Assembly: GCA_046348915.1 (NCBI GenBank)
Contig: JAXMDH010000037.1
Location: 1,004 to 65,003, forward strand
Source of the DNA: Amaricoccus sp.
GTDB lineage: Bacteria > Pseudomonadota > Alphaproteobacteria > Rhodobacterales > Rhodobacteraceae
Length of the DNA stretch: 64,000 bases
Reading direction: 5' to 3'
In this document: positions 54,424 to 64,000 of the stretch, piece by piece
Layout: every line of letters begins with the position of its first letter
Position numbering within the stretch: the stretch's first letter is position 1
Translations under genes and position numbers: made by a program
The notes under the pieces: model-generated
Seen by the model: only the letters and a program-made list of their open reading frames with translations
Database searches by the model: none
What the model was told of the DNA's origin: nothing

Positions 54424-54606
54424 GCGGGCGGTCCCGTGGCGGGTGTCGATGCCCCAACCTAAGCAGCCCCCCCGACGGGGACAAGCCGCACTCCAACAGC
54501 GACCCCGGCCGCGCCGATGCCCCGGCGCGGACCGGTGGCCTCCCACCCCCGTTTGCAGCCGATCATTTTCGGCGTAAATGCGCCGGTCATCCGGAGGACC
54601 GATCCG

Positions 54607-55185
54607 ATGGAAATGCTGCTCGGCTTCCTGCCCTTCATCGCCGCGGCGATCCTGAACGCGCTCCTCGGACCGGCCGTCGGCCTCTCGGTCGCAGCGCTCC
54701 TCGCCGGGGTGCAGATCGTCCGCGAGCGGCGCGCCGGGCGGGAGGTCGGCTTCCTCGACGTCGGCAGCTTCCTTCTCTTCGGCGCCCTCGCGCTGGTCTT
54801 CGCGTGGACCGGCGGCAAGCTCTCGACCTTCGCCATCCGGCTGGTCACCGACCTCGGCCTCCTCGCCATCGTGCTCGCCTCGATGGCCGTCGGGCGGCCT
54901 TTCACCCTCGTCTACGCCCGTCGCATGGTGCCCGAGCAGCTCTGGAGCGACCCGCGCTTCCTCCGGGTCAACCAGATCATCACCGGCGCCTGGGCGCTCG
55001 CCTTCCTGGTGATGGCCGCCGCCGAGGCCGCCGTCCTGTTCATCCCCGGCTTCCCGGGGTGGCTTGGCGTCGCGATCGTCGTCGTTGCCCTCGGCGCCGC
55101 CATCGTCTTCAGCCGCCGCTTCCCCGCCTGGATCCAGTCCCGCCGCGCCCGCCGTGCCGCCGCTCCGGCGCGCGACGCAGGCTAG
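54607..55185 (+). CDS. Integral membrane protein (intracellular septation A-like / hypothetical)
   Basis: GGAGG RBS; about 6 TM segments; GRPFTLVYAR..FLRVNQIITGAW. Confidence 0.8.
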   Translation: MEMLLGFLPFIAAAILNALLGPAVGLSVAALLAGVQIVRERRAGREVGFLDVGSFLLFGALALVFAWTGGKLSTFAIRLVTDLGLLAIVLASMAVGRPFTLVYARRMVPEQLWSDPRFLRVNQIITGAWALAFLVMAAAEAAVLFIPGFPGWLGVAIVVVALGAAIVFSRRFPAWIQSRRARRAAAPARDAG

Positions 55186-55233
55186 CCCGCCGCCTCCCTT
55201 GCACCCCGCCCCGCCGCACCCTATGCGGTGGCG

Positions 55234-56799
55234 ATGACGCACCCGTCCGAGCACCAGCGCCTCCTGATCGTCGACTTCGGCAGCCAGGTCACCCAGCTGA
55301 TAGCCCGACGTCTGCGCGAGGCGCGCATCTTCTGCGAGATCCACCCGTACGGCCGCGTCGACGCCGCCTTCCTCGCCGACTTCGCGCCGCGGGCCGTCAT
55401 CCTCTCCGGCGGCCCCGCCAGCGTCACCGCCGAGGGCAGCCCGCGCGCCGCGCCCGAGATCTTCGAGCTAGGCGTCCCGGTCCTCGGCATCTGCTACGGC
55501 CAGCAGGCGATGACGACCCAGCTCGGCGGCCGCGTCGAAGGCGGACACGCCGCCGAGTTCGGCCGCGCCTTCGTGACGCCGGAGGGCCACGCCGACGACG
55601 CCCTTTTCCGCGGCCTCTTCCTCACCGGCCGCGAGGAGGTCTGGATGAGCCACGGCGACCGCGTCACCGAGCTCGCCCCGGGCTTCGAGGTCTACGGCAC
55701 CTCGCCCAACGCCCCTTTCGCGATCCTCGGCGATCCCTCGCGCCACTTCTACGGGCTGATGTTCCACCCCGAGGTGCACCACACCGTCCACGGCGCGAAG
55801 CTGCTGCAGAACTTCACCGACATCGCCGGCTTCACCGGCGACTGGACCATGTCCGCCTACAAGGAGCAGGCCATCGCCCGCATGCGCGAAGAGGTCGGCG
55901 ACGCCCGCGTCATCTGCGGCCTCTCGGGCGGGGTCGACTCCTCGGTCGCCGCGGTCCTGATCCACGAGGCGATCGGCGACCAGCTCACCTGCGTCTTCGT
56001 CGACACGGGCCTCATGCGCCTCGGCGAGGCCGAGGAGGTCGTCACCCTCTTCCGCGATCACTACAACATCCCGCTGATCCACGCCGACGAAGGCGACCGC
56101 TTCCTCGCCGCCCTCGAAGGCGTCGAGGACCCGGAGACGAAGCGCAAGACCATCGGCCGCCTCTTCATCGAGGTCTTCGACAAGCACGCCAAGGAGGTGG
56201 GCGACGCGAAGTTCCTCGCCCAGGGCACCCTCTACCCCGACGTGATCGAGAGCGTGAGCGTCTCCGGCGGCCCCTCGGTCACGATCAAGAGCCACCACAA
56301 CGTCGGCGGCCTCCCCGAGCGGATGCACCTCAAGCTCGTCGAGCCCCTGCGCGAGCTCTTCAAGGACGAGGTCCGCGCCCTCGGCCGCGAGCTCGGCCTC
56401 CCCGACACCTTCGTCGGCCGCCACCCCTTCCCCGGCCCCGGCCTCGCCATCCGCTGCCCCGGGGCCATCACCCGCGACAAGCTCGCGATCCTCCGCCAGG
56501 CCGACGCCGTCTACCTCGACCAGATCCGCCGCCACGGCCTCTACGACGCCATCTGGCAGGCCTTTGCCGTCCTCCTCCCCGTCCGCACCGTCGGAGTCAT
56601 GGGCGACGGCCGCACCTACGACCACGTCTGCGCGCTCCGCGCCGTCACCTCCGTCGACGGCATGACCGCCGACTACTACCCCTTCACCCACGAGTTCCTC
56701 GGCGAGACCGCCACCCGGATCATCAACGAGGTCAAGGGCATCAACCGCGTCACCTACGACATCACCTCCAAGCCGCCAGGCACCATCGAGTGGGAGTGA
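55234..56799 (+). CDS. guaA: GMP synthase (glutamine-hydrolysing)
   Basis: [52 protein letters not shown]. Confidence 0.98.
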   Translation: MTHPSEHQRLLIVDFGSQVTQLIARRLREARIFCEIHPYGRVDAAFLADFAPRAVILSGGPASVTAEGSPRAAPEIFELGVPVLGICYGQQAMTTQLGGRVEGGHAAEFGRAFVTPEGHADDALFRGLFLTGREEVWMSHGDRVTELAPGFEVYGTSPNAPFAILGDPSRHFYGLMFHPEVHHTVHGAKLLQNFTDIAGFTGDWTMSAYKEQAIARMREEVGDARVICGLSGGVDSSVAAVLIHEAIGDQLTCVFVDTGLMRLGEAEEVVTLFRDHYNIPLIHADEGDRFLAALEGVEDPETKRKTIGRLFIEVFDKHAKEVGDAKFLAQGTLYPDVIESVSVSGGPSVTIKSHHNVGGLPERMHLKLVEPLRELFKDEVRALGRELGLPDTFVGRHPFPGPGLAIRCPGAITRDKLAILRQADAVYLDQIRRHGLYDAIWQAFAVLLPVRTVGVMGDGRTYDHVCALRAVTSVDGMTADYYPFTHEFLGETATRIINEVKGINRVTYDITSKPPGTIEWE

Positions 56800-56827
56800 A
56801 GCGTCGAACGCGTCGGGGACCGCGCCG

Positions 56828-57210
56828 ATGCCGCGCCCAGGCTATGTCTCGGCCAAGGTCCTGACCGCGTCCCGCAAGGCCGAGATCACCGCCGCCTGCG
56901 AGCGACTCGTCGCCGAGTCGAAGGCTCGCTTCCTCCCGGAAGTCCGTCCGACCGAATTCAACTACCCTGTCGACATCCGCGGCCGCTGGCGCGGACAGAG
57001 CTACAGCTTCATCGTCCGCGATCGCTCTGGCGCTCCCGAGAACGAGGGCGACGACTTTGACGCCCCCTACGCGCGGATCGACTTCTTCGACGATCGCTTC
57101 GCCGTGCAGTGGATGCGCCACACCGGCCGCTGGTGGCCGCTGCGCGACGGCCTGACGCTGGATCAGGCCGTCGCCTTCGTCCGCACCGAGCCCATCCTCC
57201 GCCCGATACG
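56828..57210 (+). CDS. DUF3024-like small protein (no in-frame stop seen at expected end)
   Basis: FNYPVDIRGRWRG..YSF..APYARID..WMRHTGRWWPL..LTLDQAV..EPILRP; frame continues into an unlikely Arg/Pro-rich extension. Confidence 0.6.
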
Positions 57211-57341
57211 AAGCGGCGCGAAGCCCGGCCTCCGGGATGCAGGCTGCCTATGTCCGTCGACCTCTTCGCCGAATCCCGCCCGCCTGCTCGCGGTGCGATC
57301 AACCCATTGCCCAGCCCGCAGCTGTCGTGCGACCCTTGACC

Positions 57342-57989
57342 ATGCGCCTCATCGTCCGCATCGCCGCCAACCTGCTGCTTCTCTACCTGCTGACGACCGC
57401 CGCGGTCGTCGTCAGCGCCGTCTGGTTCGCGCTTCGCCCGCCGACGCAGACCGCCGGCGTCCTCATCGTGCTCGGCGGCGCGATGACCGAGGAGCATACC
57501 CTCGGCACGCAGACCCGCGCCCGGGTCGAGGCCGGCGTCGCCCTCTTCAACGCCGGCGCCGCCCCGCGCATGCTCTTCACCGGCGGTGGGCCTGCCGACG
57601 CGGTGCCCGCCGGCGAGCAGATGCGCGCCCTCGCCGTTTCGCTCGGCGTCCCCGCCGCGGTCACCGCCGCCGAGACCGAATCGCACTCGACGCTGCAGAA
57701 CGCGCTCTTCTCCCGGCCGGTCCTGGGGCCGCTCGCCGACGGACCGGTCATGCTCGTCACCGACGGCTTCCACCTCGCCCGCGCGTGGGCGAGCTTCCGC
57801 TGGGCGGGCTACCGCCAGATCCGCCTGGCGGCCGCGACCGCCTTCGGCGACGACCCGCTACCCGAGCAGCTGCACTGGATCGCTCGCGAGGCGCTGGCCT
57901 GGTGGTTCAATCCCGCCCGTGTCGTCGCCTTCGAGGTCCTCGAGCGGGTCCGCGGCCCCGACCCCGAGCGCATCCGCATGCTCGACTGA
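57342..57989 (+). CDS. YdcF/DUF218 family protein
   Basis: LIVLGG, RVEAGVAL, LFTGG, ETESHSTLQNA, LVTDGFHLARA. Confidence 0.9.
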   Translation: MRLIVRIAANLLLLYLLTTAAVVVSAVWFALRPPTQTAGVLIVLGGAMTEEHTLGTQTRARVEAGVALFNAGAAPRMLFTGGGPADAVPAGEQMRALAVSLGVPAAVTAAETESHSTLQNALFSRPVLGPLADGPVMLVTDGFHLARAWASFRWAGYRQIRLAAATAFGDDPLPEQLHWIAREALAWWFNPARVVAFEVLERVRGPDPERIRMLD

Positions 57990-58051
57990 TCCTGCGACGG
58001 TCGACACCTCCCGCGGGAACCCCTGGCCACGGTTCGCGTTGCGCTTTTCCT

Positions 58052-58066
58052 GAACGTATGGTGAAC
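58052..58066 (+). promoter_or_regulatory. Alphaproteobacterial LexA (SOS) box
   Basis: GAAC-gtatggt-GAAC (GAAC-N7-GAAC) ending 8 nt before the radical SAM ATG. Confidence 0.8.
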
Positions 58067-58074
58067 ATGCCCGC

Positions 58075-59280
58075 ATGGACCCCAAGCTCGCCGCCCGACT
58101 GCGCATCCTCGCCGACGCCGCCAAATACGACGCCTCCTGCGCCTCGTCGGGCGCCCCCAAGCGCGCCGGTGGCGCGAAGGGGCTCGGGTCGACCACCGGA
58201 GCCGGCATCTGCCACGCCTACACGCCCGACGGCCGCTGCGTCTCCCTCCTGAAGATCCTGCTCACCAACTGGTGCCTCTACGACTGCGCCTACTGCGTGA
58301 ACCGCCGCAGCTCCAACACGCCGCGCGCCCGCTTCACCGTCGAAGAGGTCGTGACCCTCACGCTCGAGTTCTACAAGCGCAACTACATCGAAGGTCTCTT
58401 CCTCTCGTCGGGCGTGATCAAGTCCCCCGACCACACCATGGAGGAGCTCGCCCGTGTCGCGCGCACGCTGCGCCGCGACCACGGCTTCGCCGGCTACATC
58501 CACCTGAAGACCATCCCCGAGGCCAGTCCGTGGCTGATCGAGGAGGCCGGGCGTTGGGCTGATCGCCTCTCGATCAACCTCGAGCTCCCGACCGACGCCG
58601 GGCTCGCGAGGCTCGCCCCGGAGAAGCGCGCCCCCTCGATCCGCGCCGCGATGAACCAGACCCGCGAGCGCATCCTGGAAGCGAAGGCCGAGAAGCGCCG
58701 CTTCGCGCCCGCCGGCCAGAGCACCCAGCTCATCATCGGCGCCGACACCGCGACGGACGCCGACGTGCTCGCGACCAGCAGCACCCTCTACACGGGCTTC
58801 GGCCTCAAGCGGGTCTACTACTCCGCCTTCAGCCCGATCCCCGAGCCGAGTCCCGCCCTGCCGCTGAAGCCGCCGCCGCTCCAGCGCGAGAACCGGCTCT
58901 ACCAGGCCGACTGGCTGATCCGCTTCTACGGCTTCGACCCGGCCGAGATCGCCGAAGGCAGCGGCATGCTCGACCTCGACGCCGACCCGAAGCTCGCCTG
59001 GGCGCTGCGCCACCGCGACCGTTTCCCGGTCGACGTCAACCGCGCCCCGCGCGAGCTCCTGCTCCGCGTTCCCGGCCTCGGGGTCAAGGCCGTCGACCGG
59101 CTGATCCGCGCCCGTCGCCACCGCAGGCTGCGCCTCGACGACCTCGCCCGCCTCTCGGCGAGCCCCCGCCGGGCCGCCCCCTTCGTCGTCACCGCCGACC
59201 ACCGCGCCCAGGGCCTCGACCGGCTCGACCTCCGCAGCCGGCTGGTGCGCCCGCCCGAGCAGCTCTCGCTCTTCGGATGA
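58075..59280 (+). CDS. Putative DNA modification/repair radical SAM protein (TIGR03916 type)
   Basis: AKYDASCASSG, GICHAYTPDGRC, CLYDCAYC, RLYQADWL, HhH LLRVPGLG, C-terminal QLSLF clamp-binding motif. Confidence 0.93.
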   Translation: MDPKLAARLRILADAAKYDASCASSGAPKRAGGAKGLGSTTGAGICHAYTPDGRCVSLLKILLTNWCLYDCAYCVNRRSSNTPRARFTVEEVVTLTLEFYKRNYIEGLFLSSGVIKSPDHTMEELARVARTLRRDHGFAGYIHLKTIPEASPWLIEEAGRWADRLSINLELPTDAGLARLAPEKRAPSIRAAMNQTRERILEAKAEKRRFAPAGQSTQLIIGADTATDADVLATSSTLYTGFGLKRVYYSAFSPIPEPSPALPLKPPPLQRENRLYQADWLIRFYGFDPAEIAEGSGMLDLDADPKLAWALRHRDRFPVDVNRAPRELLLRVPGLGVKAVDRLIRARRHRRLRLDDLARLSASPRRAAPFVVTADHRAQGLDRLDLRSRLVRPPEQLSLFG

Positions 59281-60680
59281 CCCAGATCGTCCTCGCCCCC
59301 GGCGCCGACCCCGACGGCTTCCGCCAGGCCGTCCGCGAGCTCGTCGCCGCCGGCTTCCCGCCGGCCGAGGTTACCTGGACGACTCAAGGGATGCCGTCCC
59401 TCTTCCCCGCCGTCCGCTGCGACGCCGCCCCGGCGCTCTCGCTCCCGCGCGCCGCCCACGACCTCGTCCGGCTCGTCGTCTGCCATCGCGACCCCGAGCG
59501 CTACGCCCTGCTCTACGCTCTCGTCTGGCGCCTCCTCCACGGCGAGCGCCACCTGCTCGAGATCGCCTCCGACCCCCTGGTCTTCCGCCTCGAGCGCATG
59601 GCGAAGTCCGTGCGCCGCGACCTGCACAAGATGCACGCCTTCGTCCGATTCCGCCGCGTCGAGGAGGGCGGCGCCGAGCGCTTCGTCGCCTGGTTCGAGC
59701 CCGACCACTTCATCCTCGACCTGACGGCGGATTTCTTCGTCACCCGCTTCCGCAGCATGGACTGGACGATCCTGACCCCGCTCGGCTCGCTCCACTGGAA
59801 CCGCGAGCGCCTGGCCAAGGGGCCGCCGGGGCGCCGCGAGGATGCCCCCTCGTCCGACCCCTTCGAGGCGGGCTGGCAGGGCTATTACGAGAGCATCTTC
59901 AACCCCGCCCGGGTGAACCTCGTCGCCACCCGCCAGCACATGGCCAAGAAGTACTGGAAGAACCTTCCCGAAACCGCCGCCATCCCCGCGATGGTGCGAT
60001 CGGCCCACCCGCGCGTTGGCACGATGATCGCCACGGAGCCCGCCATGCCGCAGCACCGCAACCCCGCCCGCGCCGTCGCGGCCCTCGCCGAGGCCGAGCC
60101 ACGCTCGCTCGACGAGCTCAACCGGATCATCACCGCCGCGCCGCCCATGGTCGAGGGCGGCACCGGCGCCGTCCTCGGCGAAGGCCCGATCGGCGCCGCC
60201 ATTGCCTTCGTCGGCGAGCAGCCCGGCGACCAGGAGGACCTGCAGGGACGCCCCTTCGTCGGCCCCGCCGGCCAGCTCCTCGACCGCGCCCTCGCCGAAG
60301 CCGGGATCGAGCGCGCCGGGACCTACGTCACCAACGCCGTCAAGCACTTCAAGTACGTGCAGCGCGGCAAGCGCCGCCTGCACCAGAAGCCGACCGCCGG
60401 CGAGGTCTCCCATTACCGCTGGTGGCTGAAGCGGGAGCTCGACTTCGTCGCCCCCCGCCTCGTCGTCGCCCTCGGCGCCACCGCCGTCCTCGCGCTCGCA
60501 GGCAAGCCGCTGCCGATCACCGCCAACCGCGGCCCCGCGACCTTCGACAACCGCCGCGGCTACATCACCGTGCATCCCTCCTACCTCCTCCGCCTGCCCG
60601 ACGAGGCAGAGAAGGCGCGCGCCTACGCGGCCTTCCGCGACGACCTCTCCCGCATCGCCGGGATCGCGCGCGCCGCCTGA
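59277..60680 (+). CDS. udgX: DUF4130 (TIGR03915) - UdgX-family uracil-DNA binding fusion
   Basis: VRRDLHKMHAFVRF, WFEPDH, FNPAR, KKYWKNLPE; GEQPGDQED, NAVKHFK, RGKRRLHQKP, TVHPSYLLR. Confidence 0.9.
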   Translation: MTQIVLAPGADPDGFRQAVRELVAAGFPPAEVTWTTQGMPSLFPAVRCDAAPALSLPRAAHDLVRLVVCHRDPERYALLYALVWRLLHGERHLLEIASDPLVFRLERMAKSVRRDLHKMHAFVRFRRVEEGGAERFVAWFEPDHFILDLTADFFVTRFRSMDWTILTPLGSLHWNRERLAKGPPGRREDAPSSDPFEAGWQGYYESIFNPARVNLVATRQHMAKKYWKNLPETAAIPAMVRSAHPRVGTMIATEPAMPQHRNPARAVAALAEAEPRSLDELNRIITAAPPMVEGGTGAVLGEGPIGAAIAFVGEQPGDQEDLQGRPFVGPAGQLLDRALAEAGIERAGTYVTNAVKHFKYVQRGKRRLHQKPTAGEVSHYRWWLKRELDFVAPRLVVALGATAVLALAGKPLPITANRGPATFDNRRGYITVHPSYLLRLPDEAEKARAYAAFRDDLSRIAGIARAA

Positions 60681-60935
60681 CGCCGGCAACGTTCCACGCG
60701 CGACCGCGCGCCAGCCGCGCAGGAGGGTGCGGACAAACCTTGCCACGCGGTTAACGCTGAAACCGAACTCATTACATTACAATGGTTTACGCATCTGTCC
60801 GCGTGCGGACAGCCCCGCGTTCTCGCGCCCTGTCCGCGCTCCGCCGGATGCGGATCCCTGCGGCTCCCGACAGCCGGCTTGCCAACGCCCCCGCGGCGGC
60901 TCCATACCGAAGGAAAGCCCAGGGAGGAGCTTGCC

Positions 60936-62732
60936 TTGACCGACCAACCTGCGGAGACCCTGCGCTCGCGCGCCTGGTTCGACAATCCGTCCAACCCGGA
61001 CATGACCGCCCTCTACCTCGAGCGCTACCTCAACTTCGGCATCAGCCGCGAGGAGCTCATGTCGGGCAAGCCGATCATCGGCATCGCCCAGACCGGCTCC
61101 GACCTCTCCCCGTGCAACCGCCACCACATCGAGCTCGCCAAGCGCGTCCGCGAGGGCATCCGCGACGCCGGCGGCATCGCGCTCGAGTTCCCCTGCCACC
61201 CGATCCAGGAGACAGGCAAGCGCCCGACCGCGGGCCTCGACCGCAACCTGACGTATCTGGCCCTGGTCGAGGTGCTCTACGGCTACCCCCTCGACGGCGT
61301 CGTGCTGACGATCGGCTGCGACAAGACCACCCCGGCGCTGCTGATGGCCGCCGCCACCGTGAACCTCCCGGCGATCGCCTTCTCCGTCGGCCCGATGCTG
61401 AACGGCTGGTTCCGCGGCCAGCGCACCGGCTCGGGCACCATCATGTGGACGGCCCGCGAGATGATGGCCAAGGGCGAGCTCGACTATGAGGGCATGATCG
61501 ACCTCGTCGCCTCGTCCGCGCCCTCGACCGGCTACTGCAACACCATGGGCACCGCGACGACGATGAACTCGCTCGCCGAGGCGCTCGGGATGCAGCTTCC
61601 GGGCTCCGCCGCCATCCCCGCCCCCTACCGAGACCGCGCCGAGATGGCCTGGCGCGTCGGCAAGCGCGCCGTCGAGATCGTGCACGAGGATCTGCGCCCC
61701 TCCGACATCATGACCAAGGCCGCCTTCATCAACGCGATCCGAGTCAACTCGGCGATCGGCGGGTCCTCGAACGCTCCCATCCACCTCAACGCCATCGCCC
61801 GCCACCTCGGCGTCGAGCTGACGATCGAGGAGTGGCAGAAGTACGGCGAGGAGATCCCGCTCCTCGTCAACCTGCAGCCCGCCGGCGAGTACCTCGGCGA
61901 GGACTACTACCACGCCGGCGGCGTCCCCGCCGTCTTCGGCCAGCTGATCGAGCAGGGGCTGATCGACGAGGGGGTGAAGACCGTCAGCGGCAAGACGGTG
62001 GGCGAGTGCTACAAGGGCGCAGTCATCACCGACGAGAAGGTCATCCGCCCCTACGACGACCCGCTGAAGCCGCACGCCGGCTTCCGCGTCCTGACCGGCA
62101 ACATCTTCCACTCCGCGGTGATGAAGATGAGCGTCATCAGCCCCGAGTTCCGCGACCGCTACCTCTCCAACCCCGAGCATCCGAACCGCTTCGAGGGCCG
62201 CGCCGTCGTCTTCGACGGCCCCGAGGACTACCACCACCGCATCGACGACCCGTCGCTCGCCATCGACGAGAACACCCTCCTCTTCATGCGCGGCGCCGGT
62301 CCGAAGGGCTACCCGGGTGCCGCCGAGGTCGTCAACATGCGCGCCCCCGACTATCTCCTGAAGAAGGGGATCACCTCGCTGGTCTGCATCGGCGACGGCC
62401 GCCAGTCCGGCACCTCGGGCTCCCCCTCGATCCTGAACGCTTCCCCCGAGGCAGCCTCGGGCGGGCCGCTGGCGCTGATCGAGACCGGCGACCGCGTCGC
62501 CCTCGACCTCAACGCGGGGACGCTGAACGTGCTGGTCGACGACGCGACCCTCCTCGCCCGCCGCGAGAGGCTCGACGCCGAAGGCGGCTACCACTACCCA
62601 ATGAGCCAGACCCCCTGGCAGGAGATCCAGCGCAGCCTCGTCGGCGAGCTCGAGACCGGCGCCGTCCTCGAGCCCGCGGTCAAGTACCAGCGCATCGCCC
62701 AGACCAAGGGCCTGCCGCGCGACAACCACTGA
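60936..62732 (+). CDS. IlvD/Edd family sugar-acid dehydratase (xylonate/arabinonate type)
   Basis: [48 protein letters not shown]; TTG after GGGAGGAG. Confidence 0.92.
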   Translation: MTDQPAETLRSRAWFDNPSNPDMTALYLERYLNFGISREELMSGKPIIGIAQTGSDLSPCNRHHIELAKRVREGIRDAGGIALEFPCHPIQETGKRPTAGLDRNLTYLALVEVLYGYPLDGVVLTIGCDKTTPALLMAAATVNLPAIAFSVGPMLNGWFRGQRTGSGTIMWTAREMMAKGELDYEGMIDLVASSAPSTGYCNTMGTATTMNSLAEALGMQLPGSAAIPAPYRDRAEMAWRVGKRAVEIVHEDLRPSDIMTKAAFINAIRVNSAIGGSSNAPIHLNAIARHLGVELTIEEWQKYGEEIPLLVNLQPAGEYLGEDYYHAGGVPAVFGQLIEQGLIDEGVKTVSGKTVGECYKGAVITDEKVIRPYDDPLKPHAGFRVLTGNIFHSAVMKMSVISPEFRDRYLSNPEHPNRFEGRAVVFDGPEDYHHRIDDPSLAIDENTLLFMRGAGPKGYPGAAEVVNMRAPDYLLKKGITSLVCIGDGRQSGTSGSPSILNASPEAASGGPLALIETGDRVALDLNAGTLNVLVDDATLLARRERLDAEGGYHYPMSQTPWQEIQRSLVGELETGAVLEPAVKYQRIAQTKGLPRDNH

Positions 62733-62812
62733 CACTTCCGCCGGGCCCACCGAGGGCCCGGCTCTACCGGATCGAGCGGACAGGGGTCTCCGTGGCAAAA
62801 GAAAAGGACTTC

Positions 62813-62890
62813 ATGCGCCACTTCCGCATCGGCGCCTGGGCCGTGGTGGGAGTGATCCTCGTCGTGCTGGTCGCGATCATGATCTCCTGA
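62813..62890 (+). CDS. Candidate 25-aa single-TM small protein
   Basis: AAAAGGA RBS; MRHFRIGAWAVVGVILVVLVAIMIS*. Confidence 0.5.
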   Translation: MRHFRIGAWAVVGVILVVLVAIMIS

Positions 62891-62938
62891 CCCGAACCGG
62901 GTCGAGACGATCTTGAGTTGCTGCTTGCTGGTTGCTGC

Positions 62939-64000
62939 CTAGTGGACGGATTCCAACGCTTGGTGCCCACGCTTGACGGCGGCGATAATGCGGTCGGGAT
63001 CGGCGGTCCAGACGAAGGGCTTGGGCTGCATGTTGTGCTCGGCGAGGAAGCGATTGATGGCGGCTTGCAGGTCGACGAGGGAGTGGAACACGCCGCGCTG
63101 GAGGCGCCGCTTGAAGAGCTTGGCGAAGAAGCCCTCGACCGCGTTGAGCCAGGAGGCGGAGGTCGGGGTGAAGTGGAAGGTGAAGCGCGGGTTGCGGTCG
63201 AGCCAGGCGCGAACCTTCGGATGTTTGTGGGCGGCGTAGTTGTCGAGAATGACGTGGACGGCCTTGCCCGCCGGCAGCGCGGCGTTGATGGCATTGAGGA
63301 AGCGGATGAACTCCTGGTGGCGGTGCCGCTGCATGTTGCGGCCGATCACGCTGCCGTCGAGCACGTTGAGCGCGGCGAAGATGGTGGTGCCATGCCGCTT
63401 GTAGTCGTGGGTCATGGTGCCGAGCCGGCCCTTCTTCATCGGCAGGCCGGGCTGGGTGCGGTCGAGCGCCTGGATCTGCGATTTCTCGTCCACCGACAGC
63501 ACGATGGCGTGCGCCGGCGGGTCGACGTAGAGCCCGACGACGTCGCGGAGCTTGGCGACGAACGCCGGGTCGCGGGAAAGCTTGAAGGCCCGCCAGCGGT
63601 GCGGCTGCAGCCCGTGCGCCTTCCAGATGCGCCGCACGGCGCTGGCGCTGATCCCGGCCGCCTGCGCCATCATGTCCGCGGTCCAGTGCGTGGTCTCGCC
63701 CGGCGGGTCGGTGAGCGTCAGCGCCATCACCCGCTCGGCCACCTCGGGCCCGAGCGGCGGGATACGCGACGGCCGTGTCTTGTCGCGCAAGAGCCCGTCG
63801 ACGCCCGCCTCGGCGAAGCGCTGCTGCCACCGCCAGATGCAGGTCTTCGACTTGCCGGTGCGCCGCATGATCTCCATCGTCCCGGCGCCCTCGGCGCTCA
63901 AGAGGATGATCTCGGCGCGCCAGACGTGCTTCTGCGGCGTGTTGCGGTCCTTGACCAGCGCCGCGAGCCGGCGGCGATCGGTCGGCGAAACGGCAAAGAA
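62939..64000 (-). mobile_element. IS630-family element (different subgroup), extends beyond window
   Basis: Transposase VDEKSQIQALDR, THDYKRHGT, ILDNYAAHK, HFTPTSASWLNAVE; stop codon lies in terminal CTAG at 62939. Confidence 0.93.

Noticed and set aside
54424-54606. SRP RNA (ffs), often found upstream of dnaX
   Set aside because: The conserved CAGG-CCGGAAGG-AGCAGC core is not present on either strand.
56700-58000. Integrative element at guaA
   Set aside because: No integrase and no repeat of the guaA 3' end found in the window.

Overview
High-GC alphaproteobacterial DNA; gene content suggests Rhodobacterales (inference). Core or near-core blocks: a MoxR-DUF58-BatA/DUF4159 operon, a hybrid histidine kinase, the DUF3300/DUF2950 pair, denD, acuI, an MFS transporter, a hut operon with a HutC operator, a sugar ABC transporter with two tandem GH38 enzymes, an fdsGBACD formate dehydrogenase operon, leuC, cca, a Nudix hydrolase, mcl, recR-ybaB-dnaX, guaA, a LexA-box-led radical SAM/DUF4130-UdgX pair, an IlvD/Edd dehydratase and three IS630-family elements. 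The most unusual feature is at 39.6-44.3 kb. Directly downstream of intact leuC lie four paralogous Cys-patterned lipoprotein genes, punctuated by two orphan copies of the leuC 3' end. One copy differs from resident leuC mostly at synonymous sites, which suggests integrase-free cassette accretion anchored on leuC. Other notable items are a ~190-bp dispersed structured repeat (2 long copies, 1 partial), a candidate leuC leader peptide and a cysteine-free UdgX domain. The zone at ~30.8-36.5 kb carries many single-base frameshifts that may be assembly errors. All calls are by eye; no database searches were run.
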